Source: Gammaproteobacteria bacterium UBA3067
GTDB taxonomy: Bacteria; Pseudomonadota; Gammaproteobacteria; Pseudomonadales; UBA3067
Direction of reading: 5' to 3'
NCBI GenBank assembly: GCA_002366835.1
Contig: DFBZ01000038.1
Span: forward strand, 107,333 to 171,332
DNA length: 64,000 nt
The translations under genes were made by a program, and so were the position numbers. Shown in pieces: positions 1 through 8,532 of this stretch. The notes under the pieces were generated by a model, which saw nothing but the letters and a program-made list of their open reading frames with translations, made no database searches and was not told the origin of the DNA. Position 1 is the stretch's first letter, and each line of letters starts with the position of its first letter.

Positions 1-969
1 GGTAAGGGTGATATATTCGAGAATATTTTCCTCTTGGGCGACGGAAGAAACTCCCTCTGGCATACCGATACCAAGATTAACGATTCCCCCCATGGGTAAT
101 TCGAAGGCCGCTCGCCTTGCAATAATTTTTCGATCGTCCAGGCGAAGGGGCGTTATATTATTGAGCTCAGTGGTGATTTCACCAGAATAGGCAGGGTTGT
201 ATTGGGTCGCGTAGGTCTGATAATGGTTTTTTGGTTCAGATTGAACAATACAGTCGACCATTACGCGTGGCACATGGACTTTTCTAGAATCAAGACTGTT
301 GCGAGCAGCAATACGTTCAACCTGTGCGGCTACAAAACCACCCGAGTTCTTTGCAGCCATAGCTATAGCAAGGTTGTCGAGATAAAGCGCTTCACGCTCC
401 ATGGTAATGTTGCCAGCGGGGTCAGCTGTGGTTCCTCGAAGAAATGCGGCGTGAATGGGAAACGCTTTGTAAAATAGCCATTCTTCACCATCAACTTCCA
501 TAATACGCACAAGGTCTTCAGTGGTAACAGAGTTTAGTTTTCCGCCACTTTCACGGGGGTCAACAAAAGTGCCTATGCCCACTTTCGTTAATAATCCTGC
601 CCGGTTCGCGGCAGTATCTCTAAACAACTGAGTAATAGTGCCCATGGGTAAGTTGTACGCCTCAATCTCATTCGCGACAGCCATAGCGGCTATTTTGGGA
701 ACAAGCGCCCAGTGTCCACCTATAACTCTTTTGAGGAGGCCTTTATGTGCAAGGCGATTGGCGCCCTTATCAACGCCATCTCCCGGAGCAGCAGCAAACA
801 CTAAGGTAAGGTTGCGAGGGGAGCCCGTTTCAAGAAAACGCTTTTCTAGGGCAATGATTAATTCTTCTGGTGTGCCGGTACCCACAAACCCAGATGTGCA
901 AACGGTATCGCCATCTTTAATAAGAGCAACAGCGTTGGCGGCGGATACAATCTTATTTTTTATAGACAT
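1..969 (-). CDS. Acyl-CoA:carboxylate CoA-transferase, Pct/YdiF (propionate/acetate CoA-transferase) family. Partial: the C-terminus lies beyond the left window edge.
   Basis: The minus-strand frame is open from the ATG at 967-969 to position 1, and is absent from the ORF track because it has no in-window stop. My translation MSIKNKIVSAANAVALIKDGDTVCTSGFVGTGTPEELIIALEKRFLETGSPRNLTLVFAAAPGDG...GGHWALVPK...KVGIGTFVDPR looks like the N-terminal half of this family. It starts 28 nt after the phaC stop. Confidence 0.8.
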   Translation of the reverse strand, partial: MSIKNKIVSAANAVALIKDGDTVCTSGFVGTGTPEELIIALEKRFLETGSPRNLTLVFAAAPGDGVDKGANRLAHKGLLKRVIGGHWALVPKIAAMAVANEIEAYNLPMGTITQLFRDTAANRAGLLTKVGIGTFVDPRESGGKLNSVTTEDLVRIMEVDGEEWLFYKAFPIHAAFLRGTTADPAGNITMEREALYLDNLAIAMAAKNSGGFVAAQVERIAARNSLDSRKVHVPRVMVDCIVQSEPKNHYQTYATQYNPAYSGEITTELNNITPLRLDDRKIIARRAAFELPMGGIVNLGIGMPEGVSSVAQEENILEYITLT

Positions 970-997
970 TACGTTATTCCTGCTGTTCTGGTGGCTT

Positions 998-2086
998 TTA
1001 TTGTCGTTCCATCAACCAATTAACGATTCCCGGAGCGAGGATAGCTTGTGACCGTCCACTAACAAAAAGACCAACGTGCCCGGCGTTTAATGCCATTTCT
1101 GTGTAATCTGTTGTACCCACATGGCGTGATAATGCGGAAGAACAATCTGGGGGGATAATATGATCTTGCAATGCAAAGATATTTAGCACTGGCATTTCCA
1201 ATTTTTTTAAATTGACCTGCTGACCATTCACGATGATTTCATTTTTAATAAGTTTATTTTCCTGGTAATAGTCTTTAAACCATTGTTTTGCTGCTTCCCC
1301 AGGGTGGTCTGGCCTGTCTGCAATCCATTTTTCCATGCGCAAAAAGTTTATGAGCGAATCGTCATTCTGGGCCACATCAATAAGGTCTAAGTTGTATTTA
1401 GTTAGGCTTCTAATTGGTGTCATCATTTGGAAAAAATAGCCCATAAGTTCACCAGGCATGCAGCCATTTGCATCAATGAGCTTGTCGATGGTTTCACTAT
1501 CCCAGCTGCGAGTTAATACATTTAAAAGACCATGGTCGAAACGGTTTTCTTCCTGGTCGGCATGAAAATCGATAGGAGTGATAGCGAGCAACAAATTGTG
1601 TACTTTTTCTGGGTAAAGGCAGGCGTAACTTACGCTGAATGTTCCGCCTTCACAGATGCCCATCAGGTTTATGGCATCGTAATTGGTTTCTTCACGAATA
1701 AAGTCAATGCATTCATCCATATAGCCATCGATATAATCGTCAATAGTTAGCCATTTGTCGGCGCGATTTGGTTCACCCCAGTCGACTGTATAGACATCGA
1801 TTCCCTCCGCTAATAGGTTTCTTACCAGGGATCTATTTTCTTGTAGGTCAGTCATACTTTGCCTTCCTATCAGGCCGTATACAATGAGTACCGGTTGTCC
1901 GATTTTCTGGTCAGCTATGGCTTTGTAACGATATAAGGTTGTTTTATCACTACGAAGTTTTTCCTCCTTTGGTGTCGTAGCAATATCCACATCACTGTCA
2001 GTTATGTTGCTGAGTTTTCGACTGGCATTTTCAAATTTTTCCGAGAAACTCTTGAAGTCATTAATAATTGACAATGTTTCACTCAT
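998..2086 (-). CDS. phaC: Class III poly(R)-hydroxyalkanoate synthase, catalytic subunit PhaC
   Basis: The length (362 aa) is typical of class III synthases, versus about 560-600 aa for class I/II. It has an alpha/beta fold with the lipase-box-like motif G-I-C-E-G-G (catalytic Cys) and sits directly downstream of a PhaE-like gene. Confidence 0.9.
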   Translation of the reverse strand: MSETLSIINDFKSFSEKFENASRKLSNITDSDVDIATTPKEEKLRSDKTTLYRYKAIADQKIGQPVLIVYGLIGRQSMTDLQENRSLVRNLLAEGIDVYTVDWGEPNRADKWLTIDDYIDGYMDECIDFIREETNYDAINLMGICEGGTFSVSYACLYPEKVHNLLLAITPIDFHADQEENRFDHGLLNVLTRSWDSETIDKLIDANGCMPGELMGYFFQMMTPIRSLTKYNLDLIDVAQNDDSLINFLRMEKWIADRPDHPGEAAKQWFKDYYQENKLIKNEIIVNGQQVNLKKLEMPVLNIFALQDHIIPPDCSSALSRHVGTTDYTEMALNAGHVGLFVSGRSQAILAPGIVNWLMERQ

Positions 2087-2114
2087 AACAAATTGACCAT
2101 ATTGATTTCATATT

Positions 2115-3086
2115 TTATCGATCTGCTTTTGTTTTCACAGCAGGCTTTCTTGTTGAAGTGGTTTTGCTTTTGTTGGAATTATTTGATTGTCGTTTTTCTT
2201 TACGCAGTTCTTTTATTTCTTTATTTAGTTCATATACCTTTTTATGAAGGTCATCGATTTCACTTCTTGTCGGCAGGTGATAAAGCTTGCAAGATTCTTC
2301 TACGATAGTTTGTTCAGCTAGGCGGTATTCTGAGTTGGCATCGATGGCCTTCTTTTGAGCAGCTAAGTAGCCCTCAGATTTCTGCATTTCAACAAGAGCT
2401 TGGTTTGCGATGTTTAACCAGTTATCCGTTAGGTCTTTCCAGCTGCTCGGTGGTGTTTCCGATTTTATTTTTTCCTCGGTATCTTCACAAAATTCCTCAT
2501 AAGCCTTCATCCAGGTCTGCATAACGACGTTAGAATATTCTGATATATCTTTCTGTAAGGTGTTCCATTTATCGGTAACGGAGGCGAGTTTTCTATCCAG
2601 ATTGGTAATGCCAGCAAATGAGGGGTTGTCACTGAATTGTCTATCAAAAATAGCTGGGTTCTTAAATGCGTTAGTCGTCCAATATTCAGGGCTCATTGTT
2701 TTTGTAAATATTTCAAAATAGTTTTCGTTCTCTGTGTCGCTATTTGTTTCTGTGCTCCAGGCAGAATTATTCGATATAGATTTCCAAAAGCTTTCATTGT
2801 TTGACCATAATTCGGATAGCGTGCTTTCTATTACTTTTTCGGAATCATCAAAATAATCCTGTGTGGTCTTAGGTTTAACTGGTGACATTGCTTGGGTGTA
2901 TTGCTGTGTCAGTCTTTGGCTACTTTCTGCAAGCATCGCCATTACAGGGTTGTTTTCGAAAGGGAAGTCGTTTGTTTTTTTCGAACCACCGTCTTGGATG
3001 TTTTTTGAATAGGAATCCAATACTAACTGTTGTGTTTTAAGCCATTCATTTGTCATGTCCTGTGCTTGCTTGAACCAGTCCATCAA
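2115..3086 (-). CDS. phaE: Class III PHA synthase subunit PhaE
   Basis: A 323-aa protein immediately upstream of class III phaC with a 28-nt spacer. The C-terminal LPTRSEIDDLHKKVYELNKEIKELRKE segment followed by a basic tail resembles PhaE. AGGAG lies upstream of the ATG. Confidence 0.75.
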   Translation of the reverse strand: MMDWFKQAQDMTNEWLKTQQLVLDSYSKNIQDGGSKKTNDFPFENNPVMAMLAESSQRLTQQYTQAMSPVKPKTTQDYFDDSEKVIESTLSELWSNNESFWKSISNNSAWSTETNSDTENENYFEIFTKTMSPEYWTTNAFKNPAIFDRQFSDNPSFAGITNLDRKLASVTDKWNTLQKDISEYSNVVMQTWMKAYEEFCEDTEEKIKSETPPSSWKDLTDNWLNIANQALVEMQKSEGYLAAQKKAIDANSEYRLAEQTIVEESCKLYHLPTRSEIDDLHKKVYELNKEIKELRKEKRQSNNSNKSKTTSTRKPAVKTKADR

Positions 3087-3097
3087 TTTTCTCCTGA

Positions 3098-4222
3098 TTA
3101 GAAGGTAATAACCTGTCTAACGGCTTTACCTTGTGCCATTAGGTCGAAGCCTTCGTTGATATTCTCGAGTTTTAAGTGCCCAGTGAGCAGTCTATCTACG
3201 GGCAATCGTCCTTGTCGGAATAGAGAGATATAGCGAGGAATATCTCGCATGGGTACGCTGGTGCCGATATAGCTGCCTTTTAAGGTTCTTTCTTCTGCAA
3301 CTAGGCTTACCGGGGCTAATGCAAACCTTTTATCAGGGTGAGGAAGCCCAGCAGTGACGGTGGTGCCGCCTCGGCGTGTCACGTTATAAGCGGTTTCGAG
3401 TGCTGGTACGGCACCGGCCAGTTCGAAGGCATAATTAACACCCCCTTGTGTTGCCTCACGTATCTCGCCCACGCAGTCAGGCGACCTGGCGTTAAAACAG
3501 TCCGTTGCCCCCAATTCTTTCGCAAGTGCTAATTTGCTGTCGTCGAGGTCTACCGCAACAATGCGGCTTGCGCCTGATAGTCGCGCCCCAAGGATAGAAG
3601 CCAAGCCCACGCCACCTAATCCGACGACGGCAACTGTTGAGCCAGGCTCTACTTTTCCTGTGTTGACGACTGCTCCGACACCAGTGAGTACTGCGCATCC
3701 AAATAATGCAGCTTGGTCAAGGGGGAGATCTTTATCTATTTTGATGACAGAGTTGCGTGACATCGTGGCGTACTCGGCAAAGGCGGAAACCCCCAGGTGG
3801 TGACTGACGCTTTCCTCATTGCGTGATAGGCGTGAGCCGCCTGATATTAGCGTGCCGGCATTATTTGATTCCGCACCAGGTTCACACAGAGCGGGACGGC
3901 CCTCACAGCATGGCAAGCAGTGTCCACAGCTGGGGACGAATACCATAACAACGTGATCGCCTACCTTTAGATCCGTTACAAAGTCTCCTACTTCTTCGAC
4001 AATGCCCGCCGCTTCATGGCCAAGTACCATCGGCGTAGGGCGAGGACGGCTGCCGTTGATGACGGATAAGTCCGAATGGCAGAGCCCTGCGGCAGCCATT
4101 TTAACCATGATTTCACCAGGCCCGGGGGGCTGAAGGTCAATATCTTCGATTCGGAGGGGTTTGGAATTTGTGTAGGGTGCCTCTGCTCCCATTTCATTTA
4201 AAACTGCGGCTTTTATTTTCAT
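3098..4222 (-). CDS. Zinc-dependent alcohol dehydrogenase family protein (medium-chain dehydrogenase/reductase)
   Basis: The motifs present are the catalytic Zn motif GHEAAGIVEEVG, the structural Zn cysteine cluster CGHCLPCCEGRPALC and the Rossmann motif VVGLGGVGL. It is the first gene of the adh-phaE-phaC-CoA-transferase string. Confidence 0.9.
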   Translation of the reverse strand: MKIKAAVLNEMGAEAPYTNSKPLRIEDIDLQPPGPGEIMVKMAAAGLCHSDLSVINGSRPRPTPMVLGHEAAGIVEEVGDFVTDLKVGDHVVMVFVPSCGHCLPCCEGRPALCEPGAESNNAGTLISGGSRLSRNEESVSHHLGVSAFAEYATMSRNSVIKIDKDLPLDQAALFGCAVLTGVGAVVNTGKVEPGSTVAVVGLGGVGLASILGARLSGASRIVAVDLDDSKLALAKELGATDCFNARSPDCVGEIREATQGGVNYAFELAGAVPALETAYNVTRRGGTTVTAGLPHPDKRFALAPVSLVAEERTLKGSYIGTSVPMRDIPRYISLFRQGRLPVDRLLTGHLKLENINEGFDLMAQGKAVRQVITF

Positions 4223-4972
4223 ACTATTTTAATCCCGTTATCCGTTAGATCTAGGCGCGCATCTAATCGTGATTTTTAATATAACTTCCGGCATCTCAAG
4301 TGGATCTATTTCACATCACGTTTTTATAAATGGGGCAGATTGCTATTTTTTGTGCCTTAAATTCTTATAAGCATATTTCGAACCATGTTTTTCTAATCAC
4401 TGTTTATATGCGTGTAGATTTAATCTTTGATAGTTCTCATTGAGAGTGATGCTACATACTGCTGTGCTTTATATTGGCCCGATATTGCGCGTGGTCATTA
4501 GGTATCAAGAAATACATGTCGCTCCTAATGCCTATCTATTCGGCTTTTAGTTGTGTGTGTTTCATTACGGTGCGCTCTTTGAAAAACCTAATTATTAATG
4601 CCCAAAATTGTGCGCAGGTTTTTTCTAGAAGAATCAATAGATAGGATTCTCAATAGGGAAATCTTTTTTCTTCTTCGCTTATTGTGGTTAGAGCGACGCT
4701 GTGGGGGTTTTTACTCAGTGGTATTCTGTGATGACGTGGCACTGCCTATTCAATCTAAACTCTTGTGGTATTTAGATAAGGGATCAGCTGTGGAATAACC
4801 TAGCATGGATCGAGATATCCTCATTAAAACGGGAGCGTATTATATTGATATAGTATAGTACTAAATGATTGTTATTATTGGAGTTATGATCTATTCTTGC
4901 TGCGTATATAGTTCTGTTGTATTTCTATTTTTCAGCCCACTTTAGATGGCTTATTTTGGATGCTAGATATTT

Positions 4973-5434
4973 ATGAATAAAAGGCGAATTAAAAAGTATA
5001 CCAATCGACGCCTGTATGACACCGTCGATAGTCGTTATGTCACGTTGGAAGACATACGTAAGCTAATTGTTAGTGGTATTGACGTTGAAATCGTTGATGA
5101 GGCAAAGCAGGTGGATATTACTCGTAGCTTGCTGCTTCAGATAGTTTCTGAACTGGAGTTTTCTGGTCAATCAATCTTAAACGAGCAGTTTTTAGCGCAG
5201 CTTATTCGGTTTTATGGACACCCAATGCAAGGCTTTATGAGTGACTACTTGAGCAAAAGTCTCGATGGGTTTGTTAATCAGCAGAAGGATTTGCAAAACC
5301 AATTTAAAAAAGCGATTTCGGCAAACCACATTGAAACAATGCAAGACTTAACGAAAAAAAATATCGATATGTGGCAGTCATTTCAAAAGTCATTTTTTCA
5401 CCCATTGAGTGAAGACGATGATAAAACCGAGTGA
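4973..5434 (+). CDS. phaR: Polyhydroxyalkanoate synthesis repressor PhaR
   Basis: The N-terminal sequence IKKYTNRRLYDTVDSRYVTLEDI is the hallmark PhaR DNA-binding motif. The gene is divergent from the phaEC operon. Confidence 0.9.
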   Translation: MNKRRIKKYTNRRLYDTVDSRYVTLEDIRKLIVSGIDVEIVDEAKQVDITRSLLLQIVSELEFSGQSILNEQFLAQLIRFYGHPMQGFMSDYLSKSLDGFVNQQKDLQNQFKKAISANHIETMQDLTKKNIDMWQSFQKSFFHPLSEDDDKTE

Positions 5435-5597
5435 CGGTCACGCTGCATAAGTTCCAAAATGTTATTTTTGATTTCCACTAAAAAGACTATTTATTATTTG
5501 ATTTGATTTTGTAAGACTTCCGATTGCGATCTTATATATGTTGGGTTAATCTGAAAAAACCACGTTTTTTCTTATATAAAAGGGTTTGATGTAGCCT

Positions 5598-6452
5598 ATG
5601 CAGTCTATTAAAGAAAAGTATGTTTTAGGTTTAAGCGAAGAAGGGTTCCATCGCATCTCGTACAGGGAATGGGGTTCCCGCGGGGAAAAACCAACGGTAA
5701 TATGCGTGCATGGTGTTACTCGGTTAGCGCACGATTTTGATGTTCTCGCTGAAGCGCTCTCTAAGGATTACCATGTTGTTTGCCCCGATATCGCCGGTAG
5801 AGGTAATAGTGACTGGTTTCATAATCATAAGCATTATAACTTCACCCAATACTGCGCTGATATAAATGCGCTTATTGCGCGCCTGGATGTTGAAAAAGTG
5901 CATTATATTGGCACCTCTATGGGGGGTATTATTGGCATGATACTCGCTGGGCTTCCTAATGGACCGATTGCTAGCCTTGTGGTCAACGATATTGGTCCCG
6001 AACAAAAAATGTCTGAAATTCGTCGGCTAGGTAATTATATGGGGCTGGCGCCAGAGTTCGGTGATATGGATGAAGTGACTGAGTATATGCGCACGACTTA
6101 TAGCGCATTTGGTAATCTGTCTGATCAGCAGTGGAAGCAAATGGGTCATAATAGCGCCCGAAAGCATAACGATGGATATAAGATGCATTATGATCCAAGA
6201 ATAGGCAAAGCATTTCGCTCAAGTTATTATTTTTATACCTTCACTCTTTGGCATTATTGGGACAAAATCGCTTGTCCAACTTTGGCCCTGAGAGGTGAGT
6301 TATCGACCTTCCTGTCTGCAGAAACCGCAGAAAAAATGACGCAGCGAGGACCGAAGTGTAAAGTGGTTGAAATTAAGGAGGCTGGTCATGCGCCCGCGCT
6401 GCAATCACCTTATGAGGTCAAGGTTATAATGGACTTTATTTCTTCGGTTTGA
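5598..6452 (+). CDS. Alpha/beta-fold hydrolase. The context suggests a role in PHA metabolism, but that is unproven.
   Basis: It has the nucleophile elbow G-T-S-M-G-G, an HGVTR oxyanion region and a C-terminal GHAP motif. It is located between phaR and a phasin gene. Confidence 0.8.
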   Translation: MQSIKEKYVLGLSEEGFHRISYREWGSRGEKPTVICVHGVTRLAHDFDVLAEALSKDYHVVCPDIAGRGNSDWFHNHKHYNFTQYCADINALIARLDVEKVHYIGTSMGGIIGMILAGLPNGPIASLVVNDIGPEQKMSEIRRLGNYMGLAPEFGDMDEVTEYMRTTYSAFGNLSDQQWKQMGHNSARKHNDGYKMHYDPRIGKAFRSSYYFYTFTLWHYWDKIACPTLALRGELSTFLSAETAEKMTQRGPKCKVVEIKEAGHAPALQSPYEVKVIMDFISSV

Positions 6453-6582
6453 CTCTTATGCTGATCAATAAATGAAGTAGAAAAATAATATTTGTTGGTA
6501 AGAGAGGGAAGGTCTCGTTTTAATAGACGCTGCCTCCATTACGCTATGATACTTGGCTATTTGCTGATACGCACATTTAGTA

Positions 6583-6618
6583 AAAACGGATTCCCTTATG
6601 CAGCGGGGAATCCGTTTT
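6583..6618. terminator. Bidirectional rho-independent terminator between the convergent hydrolase and phasin genes
   Basis: A 13-bp stem (aaaacggattccc / gggaatccgtttt) with a 10-nt loop, an A-run on one side and a T-run on the other. Confidence 0.75.
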
Positions 6619-6630
6619 ATAAGCTATTAT

Positions 6631-7053
6631 CTAAGCCGCTTTTTTGGGAGGTGTTTTTGTTTCGGGCTTTGACTTTGCAACCTTTGATGCGCTAAGAGTT
6701 GCCTCTTGTGCTTTGTGTAATAACTCTGATGTCAAGTCAGAGTACTCGCTAACGCGTTCAGACAAAGTGTCGCCGTATGAGCTTAAGGCAGTCTGCAAGC
6801 TTTCAAAATAGGCTTTTGGCTCTGTCGCGTTGGCAAGCAAGTGTGCTTGTGATATTGAGAAGGTATTTACGTCACCCATAACTTCATAGTTAAGGTGCAT
6901 GAACTTCTCGTAGGTTTGCGCTGCACTTTCCCCCAGTTTGCGAGACGGTTCAAGCGCTTGAGTTTGCCATTCAGCCATCTTTTTAATGGAGTCATTCATA
7001 AATTGCTCGTTATACATTCCCATGGTGTGTATCTCCGGCGGTATTTTTAACAT
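6631..7053 (-). CDS. Phasin-family (PHA granule-associated) protein
   Basis: A 140-aa predicted all-helical, alanine/glutamate/lysine-rich protein with a lysine/proline-rich tail. It lies in a PHA locus next to phaR. The call rests on context and composition rather than a recognised motif. Confidence 0.55.
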   Translation of the reverse strand: MLKIPPEIHTMGMYNEQFMNDSIKKMAEWQTQALEPSRKLGESAAQTYEKFMHLNYEVMGDVNTFSISQAHLLANATEPKAYFESLQTALSSYGDTLSERVSEYSDLTSELLHKAQEATLSASKVAKSKPETKTPPKKAA

Positions 7054-7100
7054 TAATTGGATAAGCTTTTAACGCAAGGGTGGGCGCATTACATTTACCT

Positions 7101-7257
7101 TGCACAGCCCCAGTGCGTTAATTTGAATAATAGGCAAATAAATGCTGCAGCGCAACATTTATTTTAGATCTCTAACTAACCCTATAAAAGTCATCTAATA
7201 CAGTTAGTTATGCTATTTTTATTTGCTGTATTAGTTTCATTTTGTGCAGTCGCAGCG
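7101..7257. promoter_or_regulatory. Three TGC-rich motifs upstream of the phasin gene, proposed as candidate PhaR operators
   Basis: The motifs are tgcacagccccagtgcg (7101-7117), tgctgcagcgca (7143-7154, containing the palindrome gctgcagc) and tgtgcagtcgcagcg (7243-7257). PhaR operators in other bacteria are described as TGC-rich. Confidence 0.25.
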
Positions 7258-7472
7258 AAGATGGGGTATCAGCTTAAGGTCTACGTCGTTGAAATGTCGG
7301 CGCTGAGAGCTTGAAGCTAAGTGAAGCCCAGAGCATATATCCGGTTGGATTTTGGAAGTGAAAGGGCTGCGTATAACTTACGAAATGCCAGCCACATTGA
7401 TGGCTGAATATTTCGCTCGCTTGAGAGCCTGAATTGTTATGTACTTCGGACTTGAGCCTGCCAATTCTTAAG

Positions 7473-7622
7473 CTTAAGGGCATCTCTAAAAATTAGAAGT
7501 TTTATTCGAGAGCAAGGAAGCACCGCACGAAAACCCGCAGTGTACAAGGGCTACATGAGGAGTTGAGTACGGAGCTGACGCCGCTATCGGGCAAAAAGGC
7601 AATTTTTAGAGATGCCCTTAAG
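7473..7622. repeat. Hairpin/MITE-like element A: a perfect 22-bp terminal inverted repeat bracketing 106 nt
   Basis: cttaagggcatctctaaaaatt (7473-7494) is the exact reverse complement of aatttttagagatgcccttaag (7601-7622). The interior shares motifs with the elements at 35901-36130 and 17625-17815 and with the flank of the four-helix-bundle gene. Confidence 0.85.
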
Positions 7623-7647
7623 GCGGTACACATTAAATGGAGTTCTA

Positions 7648-8529
7648 TTATTCGATACGTTTAACATCTACGCTAACGGATAGATGGGGATCTTCCCCGC
7701 CTCCAAATACAACACCTTTTAATGGTGTCACATCAAAATAATCCCGTCCCCATGCGGTAATGATATGTTGCTCAGTAGCGATGGTGTCATTAGTAGGATC
7801 GAACTCGACCCAGCCCTCTGCTGGAGAGAAAACTGATATCCAAGCATGTGTCGCATCCGCACCAACAAGACGCTCTACACCGGGAGGAGGGATGGTTTCA
7901 ATATACCCAGATACATATTTTGCAGGGAAACCCATAACCCTCAAACAAGCGATAAGTAAGTGAGCGAAATCTTGACACACTCCCTTTTTTGTTTCGAATA
8001 CTTCAGTGAGCGGGGTGGCGATGGTGGTGGCCTCAGGGCAGTATTTGAAGTCGCTAAAAATACGGCTGGTGAGATTTCTTACGCTAGATAAAAGGGGGGT
8101 ATTGTCCGAAAAGGATGGTGCGGCGTAGTCTTTTAAAAACTCTGTGTTTTTAATCATGGGCGAGTCGAGAAGAAACTCCCTTGCGAGCAATACCTCTTTG
8201 TTACTGGAGCTTTCGATCTGATCTTTGGCATCTTTGCAGGAAATTCCGAAATCTAGGTCTTGTACAGTAAACTGAGGGTTGGTTTCTACGGCGCTGACGA
8301 TATTGATGGTAAGTTGCTTGTGCGCGCGCTGAATTTCAAAATGAAACGATTCATTGCCGAAATAATCAGTCCTTCTAGAGCTCGAGGAGCTCGTAGGGTT
8401 TAGCGTGATTGTGGAGCTAAGGCAACGCTGGCGCGGGGTATTTCTAGGGCTCATATAAGCCAGGTTATAGCAATGGGAGACACGCTGCTGGTATGAATAC
8501 TTTGTAATGTGCTGGATTTTATAACGCAT
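7648..8529 (-). CDS. Transglutaminase-family protein (N-terminal Bact_transglu_N-like domain plus transglutaminase core)
   Basis: The Cys nucleophile context is KGVCQDFAHLLIACLRVMGFPAKYVSGY, followed by THAW and FDPTN (Cys-His-Asp core). It is the last gene of the ATP-grasp/alpha-E operon. Confidence 0.9.
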   Translation of the reverse strand: MRYKIQHITKYSYQQRVSHCYNLAYMSPRNTPRQRCLSSTITLNPTSSSSSRRTDYFGNESFHFEIQRAHKQLTINIVSAVETNPQFTVQDLDFGISCKDAKDQIESSSNKEVLLAREFLLDSPMIKNTEFLKDYAAPSFSDNTPLLSSVRNLTSRIFSDFKYCPEATTIATPLTEVFETKKGVCQDFAHLLIACLRVMGFPAKYVSGYIETIPPPGVERLVGADATHAWISVFSPAEGWVEFDPTNDTIATEQHIITAWGRDYFDVTPLKGVVFGGGEDPHLSVSVDVKRIE

Positions 8530-8532
8530 AAA

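Noticed and set aside
8-1051. Plus-strand track ORFs 8-190, 202-477 and 638-1051
   Set aside because: They lie antisense to a continuous minus-strand frame (1-969) that translates into a clearly Pct/YdiF-like CoA-transferase. Their sequences are low-complexity and have no recognisable motifs.
4598-4798. A 66-aa ORF in the phaR/adh divergent region
   Set aside because: It sits in an AT-rich intergenic context, has no SD, and its composition (runs of L/F/R/C) is typical of non-coding translation.
7274-7483. A 69-aa minus-strand ORF ending in the left arm of element A
   Set aside because: It has no SD and an odd composition, and its 5' end is simply the repeat arm. The inverted-repeat element explains it better.
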